In this document: positions 24,415 to 38,600 of the stretch, in pieces | Layout of the letters: each line of letters begins with the position of its first letter | Position numbering within the stretch: position 1 is the first letter of the stretch | Assembly (NCBI GenBank): GCA_004431415.1 | Contig: QPMI01000479.1 | Coordinates: 62,001 to 126,000, forward strand | Source: Cyanophora paradoxa CCMP329 | Taxonomy: Eukaryota > Plantae > Glaucophyta | Direction of reading: 5' to 3' | Length of the DNA stretch: 64,000 nucleotides | Program-made: the position numbers and the translations under genes | The notes under the pieces: model-generated | What the model saw: only the letters and a program-made list of their open reading frames with translations | Told to the model about the DNA's origin: nothing | The model's database searches: none

Positions 24415-24738
24415 CCTGGCGTATTCATATTATAATTATCATTGTCACACGTATACGTAGTATCTACTCGCATCCTTCTATCGACATGTCATATACACAC
24501 TGATATCGATTGTGAACTCAATGCAGCACACGAACCAAAGATCTAACTACTAGCAGAAGTCTGTCCCCCTGGGCCGCAGGGCCGAATTCGAAAGATGTTT
24601 AATCGGCGCCGGGCCGAAAAGAAGATCCCTGCCGAAGCCCAAGGCACGAGGGGCCCGGCACGGCCTGCGATGCGACCCTACGCGTTTGGCCGGTCGAAGT
24701 ACCCCGGGCGGGGGCTGATCTGCGAGCGGCCCGTGCGA

Positions 24739-25855
24739 CTAAGAGGAGCGTTCGCCTGCGGGGAGGGACCAGGCTAAAAATAGCACCTGGGCGCCGGGGC
24801 GCGGGCTGGGCGCCCGCAGCTGCTGCGAGGCCGTCCCGATCTTCTCGTCCAGGTGCCTCGAGCTCAGGCTGCCGGGGTACGCGTTAGTTGGTTGGCGAGG
24901 GCGCGGGGGGTACGGGGCCCCGGGAGGACTCGGGGGTACGTGCCTGATGTCGATGGCCACTTGCTGGGTGAGGTCGCCCCAGTCCTGCCGGGTACAGAGT
25001 TCAAGACGCCGAGAGGGCAGAGGGAACTGGGGTTCCAAGGCCGGGCGGAGGGGGGGAAAGGGGGAGGGGGAGGGCGGGGGGGGTACCTTGACCCACTTGA
25101 CCTGTACCCGGGAGCGCCCCACCTTCAGTCAGGAAAACGAAAACCAAAAAGGGGGCCGGAGAAGATTCGAGCGCGGACCTTGTCCATCATCTGGCGCGCC
25201 TCCGGAATGTGCAGCTTCCCGACCCACAGGTCGTGCGTGAACTGTTTCGAGCTGTACCCTCCCGGTATGTTCCCCTTGCGGATCAGGTCCTCCAGGAGCG
25301 CCTGCGGGTACGCGATCAGGTACGTGGGGGGGCGGGGGGGACGGACGGGGTACGCACGCGGATCGCGTTCAGAAAGTCGAGTGGGCCGATCTTCGTCGAC
25401 GCCTGCTGCTTCAGCGGGTCCTGGGGGGGGGGGGGTACGCGTGAGCTACAGGAAGCGGGGCTCACTCAGGCGGGGCTAACCTTGTCTGCGCATGCGGGTC
25501 GGTGCAGGAGCAGACGAGAGGGGAGGCGTGAGTAGCGGGCGAGCGCGGCGGGAAGGGGGGCGGAGGCCGCGGCCGCGGCAGCAGCGGAGACGGGAGGCGC
25601 ACAGCAGAGCCAAGTGTGCGGGCCGCCTGCGCCCAAAGCTCAGCGTCAAAGAAGCTACGTATACGGGCCGCGACGAGGCGGGCGACGGGCGACGTTCGCA
25701 CCCATGCCGGACTGCTGCTCGGCGTAGGCGATCTGCGGATCGGATCGGGGGCGTCAGTCGCTCACTGAGACAGTGGGACGGCCGATCCGCCGGCGCGCGC
25801 GGCGCTCGTGGCGCGCCTGGTCGTGGATGCTGCCGTTGGCGCTGCTGGCCGCCAT
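24739..25855 (-). CDS. Hypothetical multi-exon protein
   Basis: Exon-like blocks bounded by splice sites (MAASSANGSIHDQ; ALLEDLIRKGNIPGGYSSKQFTHDLWVGKLHIPEARQMMDK; ELCTRQDWGDLTQQVAIDIR). No recognised domain. Confidence 0.35.
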
Positions 25856-26039
25856 GAAGACGACGTGGCCTGCGAATGCGCATGCCGCAGGTCCGACGGT
25901 CAAACCGGAAGCATTGCGCCGCCGGCGCGGAGATATATATATAGCCTAAGAGATACTTCTGATACAAGCAAACTTAAGGCTCAGCGGCTTGCATGCCCGA
26001 CAGGGCAGAGTCTTAACTCTATAGCTACCGCCGCACCTA

Positions 26040-26559
26040 AGCCACCTTAGGCTATCGATCCGCCAGCTAGCTCGAGCCGCTGCGCAGTGCGCACCGGACG
26101 TGTCCATGAACTCTACGCGGTACATGATGCGCTCGCGCATGGCCGAGCCGGCCGAGCCGGCGCCGGCAGGCACGACGTCGGACGTGTAGGCGACGGCCTT
26201 GTGGTACCTGTCCTCGTCCGCCGCGCCGACCCTGCGGCCCACCACGCGCATGTGGTGGTTCTCGAAGGTGCACCTGCATGCGCGGGCGGGCGCGGGACGC
26301 GCGTCAGCTCCGAGCGCTTCGCGGCGAGGGCGCGGGCGAGCCCGCCGGCGCCGCGCACCCCGCTGAGGCTTTCGCGCGGAGCTGTTCAATCTGAGAGCGC
26401 AAAGAAGGAAGAAATGTCAGCGGGCTGCGCGGGCCGCCGGGCGCCCGCGGCGGCGCGGCCGCTTCGAACCGCGGATGCGACGGTCTGAAGCACGGGCTCC
26501 AGGGCGAATGGCTGCGCGTGGTCGGGCGCCCCCGAGGTGTGCGAGGAGTTGTTGCCCAT
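26040..26559 (-). CDS. Small hypothetical protein, possible N-myristoylation start
   Basis: Starts MGNNSS (MGxxxS). A later exon reads CTFENHHMRVVGRRVGAADEDRYHKAVAY..ERIMYRVEFMD. 3' end uncertain. Confidence 0.3.
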
Positions 26560-27261
26560 GGTCGGCGGCTGCCGGGGCCGCCGGGCGGTTAGCTATCGAC
26601 CGAACGTCATTGCAACGGGCTCGGGTGTGAACTGCCGCATGCGGCCGCCCGCGCGCGCGGGACGCGCGTTGTTCTAAAGGCTTCCCGCGTTCAACAGTCG
26701 AACAACGCTTTGTGAGTGCGCGGGGTTGGCCCCGGTGCCCGCTGGATCGCCGAGGAGTCACGAACCTAGGAGCTCCGAACTAACGCTCACACACGCACGC
26801 CGTTGGCGGCTGGCTCGGCCGCTGTTGAACGAGTGCTCGCCCACTGCTCGAGCGCCCGCAAGCGAGACCCCGAAGAAGCTCTCAGCGAAGTACGTATACG
26901 AAAGTTCAGCACTCGTCGGCTTGACCTCAAGCCGCACGTGTGCACAGCCTCCGAATTCGATCGGGCTCCCAGCGAGTCTCCCGACGCCTCTAACTGCAGA
27001 CAGTACTGGTACGACCCTGCAGGGCGACCCTGGCTAACAGCATTGCTACGGCAGGGCCCTGGCTCAGCGGCTACGCCCTACGCGGTTGTTCGAGCCGGCG
27101 CCCCGCGCCTCCTCCGAGTCGGCTGGGCGGAGGCTGCGGTCAGACAGGCGCGTGCGTGCGCGGAATTCGCGATGCGCGCGCCGGGCCTGTCCGCACCGGC
27201 TCCGGCTCGCCTCCGCCCCCATCATCTGGATCCCCATCCGCGCCCGCCCCCGTCCCCAGCC

Positions 27262-28681
27262 CTAACTCCTGCGCACCGTCCGCGTATGATTAGAGAGTGT
27301 GGTGCGGGCGTGGGCGAGGCGGAGGCTCTCGGATCGCACCGCGAAATCCTCCTCCACCTCCTCCTCTTCTTCTTCGAGCCCGCGCCCCATGCGGTCCACC
27401 TCCGCTGGGTGGCTCAGCTCCCGCGGCACGTCGTCCCCGCTCAGCCTCCGGTCCACCCCTTCGCCCGAGACCGCCGCGTCCGAGGCAAGGGCGTCCGCCC
27501 GCTCGTTCCCGACGTGGCCGGCGTGCCCCTGGGTCGCAATCGAATGGAATCGGCTCGGATCAAATTCGGATCAAATCTCAGGCGCGAACCTTCACCCAGT
27601 GCCAGTGAAGGGCGTGGCCCGCGGCCCTCGCCCCCTCCACCGCCTCGTCCAGCGCCTCCCACAGACCCCGGTTCAGCACCTGCGCGCGCCGTCAAGCCGC
27701 AGACAGCAACAAGCGCCGACGCCCCGGCCGCGGCCCGCCCCGCCCCGCCCCGCCGCGCACCGGCTCGTCCTTGTTCCGCATCCAGTCCGCGCGCTTCCAC
27801 TTCTTGATCCAGTCGGTTATCCCGTCCCTCACGTACTTAGAGTCTACGAAGACGTGGACGCTGCGGGAGGCGGTGTGAGCCGCGGGCGCCGGCGCCGCGG
27901 CGGCGGAGGTGCGGGCGGGCGGGCGGCAGGACTTGTGCGGCGGATGCTCGGGAAGCAGCTCCATGGCAGAGATGACGGCCCGCAGCTCCATTCGGTTGTT
28001 CGTCGTGTCGGGGTCGTGCCCACTGCGCTCGACTAGCACCGGGCCGCCCGCCGCGCCCTCCGGCGGCCTCCGCACCACCACGCAGCCCCATCCGCCCGCG
28101 CGGCACCCGTCGCGCTTCCCCTTGCACGCCCCGTCTGCGGGGCGGCGTCGGGATGCGGAGCGCAGGCGGGCGCGGCGCGGGCGGCACCGGCGAAGAGAAC
28201 GCAGGTGCCGTGCTTGTGCGGGTCAAGCATCTCCCGCTCAGACACAATGCTCGAGCGCACGGGCGCCTCTCCCTGCTTGGGCGCGGTCCTCCTCGTGCGG
28301 GTCCTGGGGCCAGGCTCGAGCTCGCCGCGGCAGAACGCGTCGGCGTCTGCCTGCGAGCTGAACTTCTTGAATCTTGCGCCCTTGAAGTGCCGCACCTGCT
28401 CTTCGCACTCCGCCCTGCGCGTGGCGCTTGGCCGTGCGATCGGCGGGCCGGTGGACCGGGACTGACCACGTCGAGTACACGCCCGGCCTGCGCCCAGCGC
28501 GCACGGCGTAGAAGCTTGGCTTGACGCGTGCCTTTCGGCTCAGGGCGACGAGCAGGGACGGCCCCTGCCACTGCGGCGCTGGAGGGCGACTCCGGACGAA
28601 GGCTGCCGTACCGATCGGCACGGGGAGGCCCGCGCAAGCTCTCCTTTGCGGAAGGGACCGCAGCAGCAGCGCGAGGAACAT
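27262..28681 (-). CDS. RNASEH1: Ribonuclease H1 with hybrid-binding domain and possible organellar presequence
   Basis: FYAVRAGRRPGVYSTW|AECEEQVRHFKGARFKKF (hybrid-binding domain); FA|DGACKG, TTNNRMEL, VDSKYVRDGITDWIKKWK, WVK|GHAGHVGNERADALA (all four acidic catalytic residues present). Confidence 0.92.
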
Positions 28682-29315
28682 CTCCGGCGACGGCGGGGCG
28701 CCAAAGAAGCCAAAGTCGCTGGGGTACACGTGGCTGCGAATCGCATACCCCTGCAATTCGCGCGGGCGGTTTGGCGCGCGAACGGCCCTCCTGAAGGTGC
28801 GTTGCGCGAGGGCGATGGCTCTAGGATGAGGGGGAGACACAGCAGCTCGCCCGCACGCGGCGCTTCGCCAGCGAGCAGCCCCAACATCTTTCGCGCCCCG
28901 GATCGCATCCACGCGCAAGAGCGCGCAGCACATTGGCGATAGTGATAGAGCCAGGGTTCACCGGTTCTGACGCGTCGTCGCGTGGGCGCAGGCATCGACG
29001 TGCCTTTGAGGGTGGAAGGTTGGTGCACTGCCTGCCCGACGAAGCACTGCCGCTTTCTTCGCGCCAACCATCCGCCGCGCAGCGCGGAGCGAACGAGAGC
29101 ATCCCGCATCGGCGCGTGCGAGGAAGTCTTCAAACCTTCCTTCCGCGTGCCAGAGCACCGCTGACGGGCTTGGGTGGGTGCAGGGTGCAGGATTGGCGCT
29201 CGAACGGGCGAGAAGCGCAGCAGCCGCGGCGCGGTGGCCAGCCGATCGCAGCGGCGCCAGCCGCAGCAGTAGCGAGGCTCTGATTCCTCGCGTGGGCGAG
29301 TAGCTGCTGGGCGCG

Positions 29316-29590
29316 ATGATGCCGGACGACGTGGCGGGCCACACGAGCGACATCAGCGAGGAGTCGCCGTTGAAGTTCGCGGCCCGCCGCGAGGAGGAGC
29401 CCGAAGACATCCCGGAAGGCGATGGCGAGGACGAGGATGTCGACGTGGACGACGACGAGGGCGCCGAGGGGCCCGTCGGCACGCTCGCCGCGCGCTCCCT
29501 GCCGCCCGCGGCGCGTGCCGCCGGGGGGCAGCAGCAGCAGTCAGCGCACCCGGGCGGCGAGCGCCTCGCGTCTGTTCTGAAGCCGCAGTC

Positions 29591-29631
<41 letters not shown>

Positions 29632-32600
29632 CGCAGCAGCAGGCGCGGTTCCGCGCTGGGGCGCCGCCGTCGCTCATCCAGTCGCTGCAGACGGGCAAAG
29701 CGTACAGCAAGGAATCCAAGCAGCGGAAAGTGGATTCGCTGGACGAGGAGGGCCGCGAGGACGACGCCGCGCGCAACTTCGCGGAGCAAGTCAGCGCCTA
29801 CGCGTACGCTGGGAGCAGGGGCGGCGGGGCCGCTCCGGGCGGCTCCGACGCGCCGATGCGCAAGCGGGCGCGTCCGCCCCGCCGCCGCCGCTCGCGTCTC
29901 CGCTCTTCTGCGGCCTCTGATGGGAGCGCTCCGCAGTTGAAGCGCATGTCCGACGACGACGACGAGGAGGCCGAGTACGATCCGGACCAGAAGCCGGCGG
30001 CTGCGCCGGCGCCAATCCCGGCGCCCACGCGGCGCCAGGCGGCGGCGGCGTCGGCGCTGGCGCGGCAGCGGGCCGATCTCTCCGAGTTCGCGGGCGACCC
30101 CTTCATGCGGAGCTCGCGCCGGGCGGCCCAGAAGGCCATCGCGTCGATGCACGCCAAGCCCCAGCTCGCCTATGGCGAGGACGAGGTCGGCCGCGCCGTA
30201 CCCGTCCCCTCTCTCGTCCCCCTTCTGCAGCCAACTGAATTTGATCGCAGGACCAGTTCGACGAGGAGGAAGAGGAGGAGGAGGACGGAGGATCCCGCAA
30301 GCGCCGGGGCGGCCGCGGGCGCGACGAGGACTACAAGTGCGTTCCTCTGTGCCGAACTGCTGCGGCGGCTCGGCTCCCCGCCTCACGCCCGGGCCCGCAG
30401 CGAGGACCGGCCGAAGCGGCAGCGCGGCTGGAACGACGACGAGGAGGACGACGACGAGGACGACGACATTGAGGTACCCCCCGCCCTGTTGCCTCCGCCG
30501 GGGCGCCCCGGCGCCTTCCCCCGCCCCCGCCGATCGTCGGCGCAGCTGGACGACGAGGAAGAGTGGGGCGTGCGGCGCACGCGGAGCCGCTCGGGCCTCC
30601 GCCCCCGCCGCGGCGCTGCGTCGAACTCTAAGGAGGCTATCTGGGCAGTCATCCGCAAAGGCGAGCTTGCGGGTTTGGATCCCGCCGGGTCCGCTTTTCT
30701 GAGGCGCTCCTTCGGCCGCAGAGCGGGAGGAGCGCGTGCCCAAACGCGCGGCTGCGGTCCTGGCCAAGAAATCGTACAAGGAGGTGCGCGCGGGGTACCG
30801 CGAAGCTTCGAGCCCCGCCTCGCCGACCGACGCGGGTACAGGAATCGAGCGACGGGGAGGGGGACGAGGAGCGCTGCGACGGCGGCGGCGGCGGCGGCCG
30901 GCGGGCGGCGCGGGCATCGGGGGGCAGCGGCGGCTCGCGGCGGCACGCGGCGACGCGGCGCGGGGCCTCCGGCAAGCAGCAGTGGAGCCGCCTGCGCCGC
31001 GGCGGCGACGATGACGATTCGGTGAGGGCGAGAGCTTCCTTCCTTCCTTCCTTCGGCCCGCGCCGCCTCAGCTCACTCCGCTCACTTCTGCCCCTCAGGA
31101 GGGGAGCGAGAGCTCTGCGTCGGACAGCGGCTCGGGCGTGGAGGACGAGGAGGGGGGGGCCGAGTTCGAGGACACGGGGGACCCCCTCCACCGCCCCGTG
31201 CGCCCCGCCGCGCCGCGCCCGGCCCGATCAGAACGATCCACCCGAAAGATTTGATCGCTGACCTTCTTCCTCGGGGCAGCACACGATCGAGCGCATCATC
31301 GCGCGGCGCAAGTTCGCCACGTCGCCGGACGGCGAGAAGAGCGAGTGGCGCTACCTCGTCAAGTACAAGGCGAGCGGCCGCCGTACCCCCTTTACCCCCC
31401 TTTCCTCTCCCCTTTCTGAATCGTACCCCAGGACGAGTCGTACCTGCGCGTGAAGTGGCTCACGGAGGACGTCGTTGAAGGGACCAGCACCCACGTCCGT
31501 ACTCGCTTCACGCTCCACTCCCTCCCGCCTCTGAACGGGTACCCCTCCGCAGGACCGGCAGCGCCTCCGCCGCTTCATCGACAGTTGGGAGCACCACCAC
31601 CACCACTCGAAGGTATGCCGCCTTTCCTTCGTCAGAGCTCTCTGTTGTACCCCTGCTCACCCCTCGCCCCGCCTTAGATGGTTCCCTACGGGGGGGAGGT
31701 GCCCCTGAAGGAGTACATCAAGCCCGAGCACCTCACGGCGAGCCTCTGCGTACCCCCCGACCGCCACCCGTACCCCCGCTGAGATCCGTTCCCCCGACAG
31801 ATCGACCGCATCCTCGCCCAAAGGGGGGACCCCAACTACGTTCCCGCGCCGTCCCCCGTACCCAAGGCCGAGGTCCTCCCCCCCTGTCCGCGGAATCCCG
31901 TACCCCCGTACGATTCCCCCCCCCCCACAGGACGTCAAGATGGAGGACGTGAAGCAGGAGGGGGGTACGGAGGAGGCCCCGGTGGACGTTATGGATGCCG
32001 AGTCGGCCCCCCCGGCCGCCGCCGTCAAGCCCGAGCCATCGGAGGACGACGAGGTACCCCCCTTTCTTTCTCCTACCCCGTTCTGGATCGAACGAACCCC
32101 GTACCCCAGGTGGACGTCGTGGACACGGCCCCCGCGCCATCTCCTTCCCCCCCGCCGGCGCCCTCGCCCTCGCCCTCGCCGCCGCCGGCCGCCAGCCCCA
32201 AGGCCGAGGAGGGGGACGGGGAGGGCGAGGCGGAGTACCAGCCGGGGGCGGACGCCGCGGTGAAGGCCGAGAAGGCGGAGGAGGCGGCGGCCGCGCCCCC
32301 GGCGCACGAGGATGAGGAGGCGCCCGTCCGACCCCGCCCCCGCCGCCGCGGTGCGCGCCTCTCCCCTCTCTCCTGCTCCTCGGTTCGCCATCTCGTAAAT
32401 GTTGATTGTACCCCTCGGCAGGCCGCGCGAGCCCGCCCGCCGAGGGCCCCTCCGAGCCCTTCGAGTACCTCATCAAGTGGCGCGGCTCCGGGTACGGTTT
32501 CCATTCTCATCTCAAGTTCGTCCTTCGTACCCCCCTCACGCTATTTTTAGGTACGAGTTCGCGACGTGGGAACCGCCGGAGATGCTGGAGAATCTTCCGG

Positions 32601-35600
32601 GGTACAGGGAACGCCTCGACGAGTTCTCGCGCGCCCCGTACGCCAACCCCTTCGACGAGGCCAAGGCGCGTACCCCCCTTTTTGTCTTAACTAGGCCCCC
32701 CCTCCACCCCCCACACCCACCCCCAAAAGACTCCCCCCTGACCGCTTTGTTGTTTTGTTCGGGCGGCAGGCGCTGAAATTGGAGCGGAAGGAGCGCGGGG
32801 ACGAGAACGTCGTCAATTTCACAGACACGTGCGTGAAATCTAATAAACAAACACCTTCGCCAAACATTCTCTTAGAGCCAAACACTCTCTATCTAGTCGC
32901 CGCATAGAACCGAAGCAAAGCATTCCCCAAGTAAGAACTCGGCTACTCGTTTCATAGGAAATCAGTCTCACATAGAAAACTCGTAGCTGCATATTACAGC
33001 GCTCGTAGCTGCGCTTGGGAGCTGCCGCACCGCCTCTATGGACCGGACTACTGCTGATAGCCAAGAATGGGTATTAAAATTATGTGCAGCATGCTTAGAA
33101 GCTTCATGGGGATGTAATGAATCCTCAAAAGCTTGGAGTAATTCCTTGTGTTTTATCTGGTCTTATTATTAATGATCTTCTTCTCCTTCCTCCGCTTCAA
33201 CTTATCTAATTGACGGGCGCCGCATCAGGTTCCGAAACGGGAACGAGCTCCGGTCGTACCAGCAGGAGGGCGTCAAGTGGTGCGCGAAACCCCGTACCCC
33301 GACCCGCTTCCCCGCCCCCCTCGACGATCCTCCCCCCTCTCCCCCTTCCCCCTTCTTTCGCAGGCTCGCCTCCTGCTTCCTCGCGAACCGAAACTCGATC
33401 CTCGCCGACGAAATGGGTGAGTACCCCCCGAAAGCAACCCCGCCGCAGGCCCTCACCGGGGCGCGCAGGGCTGGGCAAGACGGTACAGTCCGTGACGTTC
33501 CTCGAGTGGCTCCGCAAGGTGCGCTGGATTGATGTCTTATCAATCTTATCGGACTTCATCGGATTCCTTTACGATGTGGTCATTCTTATTGTGCGGCCTA
33601 CTTGCAGGACCGGACGCTCTGCGGGCCCTTCCTCATTGTGGCGCCCCTATCCAGTGCGCTCCTTCCCCCCCCCCCTTTCGCCCCGCCTCTACCCCCCCTT
33701 CCCTTCCCCGCCCTGACCGGCCGCAGCGATCCCCAACTGGGAGCGCGAGTTCCGCAGCTGGTCGGGTGCGCGCGCGCGCGCACCCCCCACCCCCGAGCGA
33801 ACGAAGCCTTTCTTCTCTGATCTCAACCGCGTACCCCGTCCCCCGGCAGACATGTACGTGGTGGTGTACCACGGGACGGCCATCGGGCGGCAGGTGCAGC
33901 GCGACACGGACTGGTTCAACAACGCCAACGACTACCGGGTGCGCACGCGCCCCCCCGCCCAGCCCGTCCTGGACAGAGCGTGCGGGCCTGACGCCGCTCC
34001 CTCCCGGCCCTCGCCCCCGGCCCCGCCCCGCCCCGCAGATGAAGCACTACCGCTTCCACGCGCTCATCACGACGCCCGAGGTCCTCCTGCAGGTCGGGCC
34101 GGCGTACCCCCCCTTCCTGCGGTCCGCCGCGCCCCTCCTCCCTTATCCTGAGGCCCGCCCGCGCAGGACGCCTCGCACCTGAAGCCGATCAAGTTCAAGT
34201 GCACGATCTTCGACGAGGGACACAAGCTCAAGAACAAGGTGTGTGCAGTCCGTTGTTAAAGTTCTTGTAGGAACTACCCACCTACCTACGCCCGAACTAA
34301 CTACTAGCCGAACCAACGAACTAAATAACTAACAAAGAAGCGCGCCGTATTAACTACCTAAGAAGCGCTAATCATTCATCCATGTAACTAACCAACTTCC
34401 CACCCCGCCCCCCCAATTCTCCCCCCGCAGGACTCGAAGCTTGCGATTTGCGTGCGGGAGCTCAACCTGGGGCACTTCGTGCTCCTCACGGGGACCCCCA
34501 TCCAGGCCCGCCCCCGCCCCCGCCCCGCCTTCTCCCCGCGTCCTTCCCCCGCGCGCAACGATAGAGCTTGCGCTCCGTCTCGGCTCACGGCCGCCCGCCG
34601 CAGAACAACACGGAGGAGCTCTTTAACCTGCTCTCCCTCATCGACGAGCGCGCCTTCTGGTGCGCCCGCACGCCCGCCCGCCCGCCCGCGCGCCCGCCCG
34701 CCGGCGCCCTTCTAGCTGGCTGGCTGCCTCAGCGCCACGCCGCCCCCGACCCCGCCCCCCTCGCGCCATGAGCTAGCTCCCATCGCCTGGGGCCGCGCTA
34801 TCCCTACGCCTCGCCGCCCGTCTTGACGCCCGCCCAAGTCAAGTTATCTCACGCCCGCCCCCTCCCACCAGGGACCGGGAGGACTTCCTGGCCAAGTTCG
34901 GCTCCATGAAGGACGCCGGCCAGGTCGAGGAGCTCCACAAGCTCATCTCCCCCTACCTCGTCCGCTCCCAACCCGCCCGCCCGAGGGAGGGAGGGAGGAT
35001 GAGAGAGGACGGCGGGCAGAGCATAGCATAGCTAAGCGGCCCGGCGGCTCTACCCCGCCCGCCCGCCCATCTGACGGCCCCGCCCCCCGCCCCTCTCGCC
35101 CCCGGGGCGCAGCTGCGGCGGCTGAAGGAGGACGTGGAGAAGTCGCTGCTGCCCAAGGAGGAGTGCGTCATCGAGATCGAGCGTGCGCCCGCCCCGCCTT
35201 GGCTTGCTTGGCCCCGGCTCGACCGGCCCTCCAGCTCACTTACTCACGCTCGCCCCCCCGCCTCCCCGCGCAGTGACGGTGCTGCAGAAGCGCTGCTACC
35301 GCTCCGTGCTCGACCGCAACTTCGAGCACCTCGCCCAGGGCGCCGGCGCCCGCCGTGCGCCCGCCCCCGCCCTCGCCCCGCCCCAACCCGCCCCGCCACG
35401 CCCTGCTCCGCCCTGCACTCTCCTAGGAGCTCTGGCGTCCTTCTGGTTCAGAGTTAAGATAGAGCCGGCTCCGAGCCCCGCCCAGACCTGCCCTCCCCGC
35501 CCCATTAGACATGAGCTCTAATGAGCTCTAATTAGACATGGAGCCCTCGCTCCGCCCCGCCCCGCCCCGCCCCGCCTCTACCTCCCCGTGGGTTTCGCGC

Positions 35601-38600
35601 CTGACGCCCATCCTCGGGGGCGCAGAGAAGCGCTTCTCGAACCTCATGAACATCATGATGGAGCTCCGCAAGGTGACCCCGAGCCCGCCCCGATCGCTCG
35701 CCCTAGTTCTAGTTCTAGTTCGCCCGCCCTAGTTCTAGTTCTAGGTGACCCCGACCCGCCCCCTCGCTTAGCGCCCGCCCAGCGCCCCTCCGTTCTTTTA
35801 GTTCTAGTTCCCGCCTAGTTCTAGTTCTAGTCCCTTCTAGGCGGACAGCAGAGCGGCCCGCCTAGCGCCCCTCCGTTCTTCTTCTCTTGCCTGCGCTCGT
35901 CCCGCCCCCGGCCCCGACCCGCCCCCTCGCCTAGCGCCCGCCTAGCGCTCTTTCGTTCTTCTGCACTCCCCTCCGTTCTTATGCACTCCGCCCGGCGCTT
36001 CTTCTCCTTCTTGACGCGCCGGCGCGCCTCGCCCCGCCTCGCCGCGGCAGGTGTGCAACCACCCGTACCTGCTGGACGGCGTCGAGGACGTCGCCATCTC
36101 GAGCCTCCCCGAGAAGACCGACAAGGCCAAGAACGAGGTCCACCCTCCAATCTCGTCCCAGCGCCGCATCTAGACAAAGCTAAGCTTAGTAGTGCGGCTA
36201 AGTTTAGTAGCACTGGGCTTGGTCGTAGATGCCATCCGCATGGCATCTCGCCCTCGCTCTTTCTCGTCCCCCGCTCGCTCCCAGCCCTCGCTCCCCCTCA
36301 CCTCCCGCCCCGCCCCTTAGGCGCTGGTGACGGCGTCGGGGAAGACGGTGCTGCTGGACAAGCTCCTCCCCAAGCTCAAGCGCGACGGCCACCGCGTCCT
36401 CATCTTCTCCCAGATGGTGCCCGGGGGCGGGGCAGGGGCGGGGCGGGGCGGGGGCGCGGCAGGAGGGCGTGGGGAATCTAGAGCAGCAAACCTTGGGGAG
36501 AGGTATCTCACGCTGGCGCCTCGCCTCCCCCGGGCGCAGGTGCGGGTGCTGGACATCCTGGAGGACTTCATGAACATCCGCGGCTACTCCTACGAGCGCC
36601 TCGACGGCACCGTCGTCGTGCGTGTACCCCCCCGCCCTGCCTGCAGCGGCGCGGGATTCGGTCTGACGGGCTCTGGCGCAGGGCCCGGAGCGGCAGGCCG
36701 GGATCGACCGCTTCTGCGCCCCGGGCTCCGACATCTTCTGCTTCCTCCTGTGCGCCGTTCTTCTTCGGCCCCTGCCCCTGCTCCTGCGTCCCGCCCTCAC
36801 CTTATCCAAGCTCTGAGCCATATTTTCACTAAGAGAGCTAGCTAGCTAGCTAGCGATCGATCGAGAGAGTGGCGGCCCCGCTCACGAAGGCGGGCGGCAG
36901 GTGCACGAAGGCCGGCGGCGTGGGCATCAACCTCACCGCCGCCGACACCGTCATCATCTTCGACTCCGGTAGCCCCCCGCTTCCCCACCCCCCTCCCCCC
37001 TTCCCTCTCCCCCCTTCGCTTCGCTCACCGGGAGCGCAGACTGGAACCCGCAGAACGACCTGCAGGCCCAGGCCGTGCGCCCCCGGCCCTCCCCATCCAC
37101 CCCGACTTCTAGATCATAGATCCAGGGTCTAATTATAAGTGGCTGTGGGGCCCATATAGCTAGCACTACTAGAACCACCCCCTGTCGATCTACCCATACA
37201 GCGAGCACTTCTGTTCTCTTACACCATCGGTCCCCCTTGCGACAGCGGTGCCACCGGATCGGGCAGAAGAAAGAGGTCAAGATCTACCGCTTCGTCACCC
37301 GCAACTCCTACGGTGCCGCCCGCCCCCCCAACCCCCTCCCACCCCCGCCTCACCCCCCCGCCTCCCCACCTCACCTCCTCCTCGCCCTCGCCCGCAGAGC
37401 GGCAGCTGTTCGAGCGGGCCTCCCTCAAGCTCGGCCTCGACGAGGCCGTCCTCCAGGTGCGCGGCAGAAAGAGGAGGAGGATGGGGAGGAGATAGGGCGG
37501 GAGGGGGGCCAGCGACGTCGAAACCGGCGCCATAGAATTCGTCAGCGAAAGGGAGGCCATCGATGTCCAGCCGTCTTTATCTGGAAGCGGCCGGGGTCCT
37601 GACCTCACTCACCCCCCTGCGCTCCCTCCGCAGAACATCAACCGTAACGGGGACGGGGAGACGAAGAGCAAGCCGCAGCTCGAGAAGGAGGAGATCGACG
37701 CCCTCCTCAAGCGAGGTCCGCGCCTCGGACGAAGGCAGACGATAGAATAGGAAACGCCGGACCCTCTAGATGGCTCATATCGCTCGCTCGCCCCCCTCAA
37801 GCGGGGTTCTCGCCGCGCCGCGCACGGCGCGGCCCCTCCTGGAGCCTTCCTTCCTTCTCCCTTCCCTTCCTTGACGCCTCAACCCCGTGCCTCGCCGCGC
37901 GCGCGCAGGGGCGTACGACTGCCTGCGGGAGGAGGGCGACGAGAGCGCACGGGCCTTCCAGGAGGCCGACATCGAGCAGGCCCGCCCCCGCCCCCGCCCC
38001 GCCCCCGATCTTAGGGGCCTAGAGGCTCCAGCTTCGAGCCCAGCCGCCCCCGCCCCGCCCCGCCCCGGCGCTCTCCATCCAAGGAGTTCTCATTGGGGAT
38101 AGAGCCGGCTCCAAGCCCCGCCCCGCCCCGCCCCCGCCCCGCGCCCGATCTTAGAGGCCTAGAGGCTTAAAGGCTTGAGAGCTCCTCGTTTCGCCCCTGC
38201 GCCGCCCCCGCCCCCGCCCCCGGTCCAGGCCAGCTTCTTCGAGGCTTAGAGGCTTTGAGCTTCTCTTAAAGAGGCGCCTAGACCCGCTCGTCGGAGTCGA
38301 GCCCGAGCGTCTGAGCGTCTGAGCGTCTGATCCGGCTTCTTCCCCCCCCCTCAGATCCTGGAGCGGAACATGAAGGTGATCACGACGGGGGGCGCGGACG
38401 CGGAGGGGCCACGGGCCGCCTCGTTCTTCTCCAAGGCCACATTCACGGCCTCCACAGCCGGTCCCTTCTCTTTTATTTATCTCTGATTCAGATCGGCCCG
38501 CCGACTCTTGCCTTATTCTTCTTCTTGTGACAGAGGCGGACTGCGACGTGAACGACCCCGACTTCTGGAAGAAGCTGGTTCGAATCCCGCCCGGGGCCTT

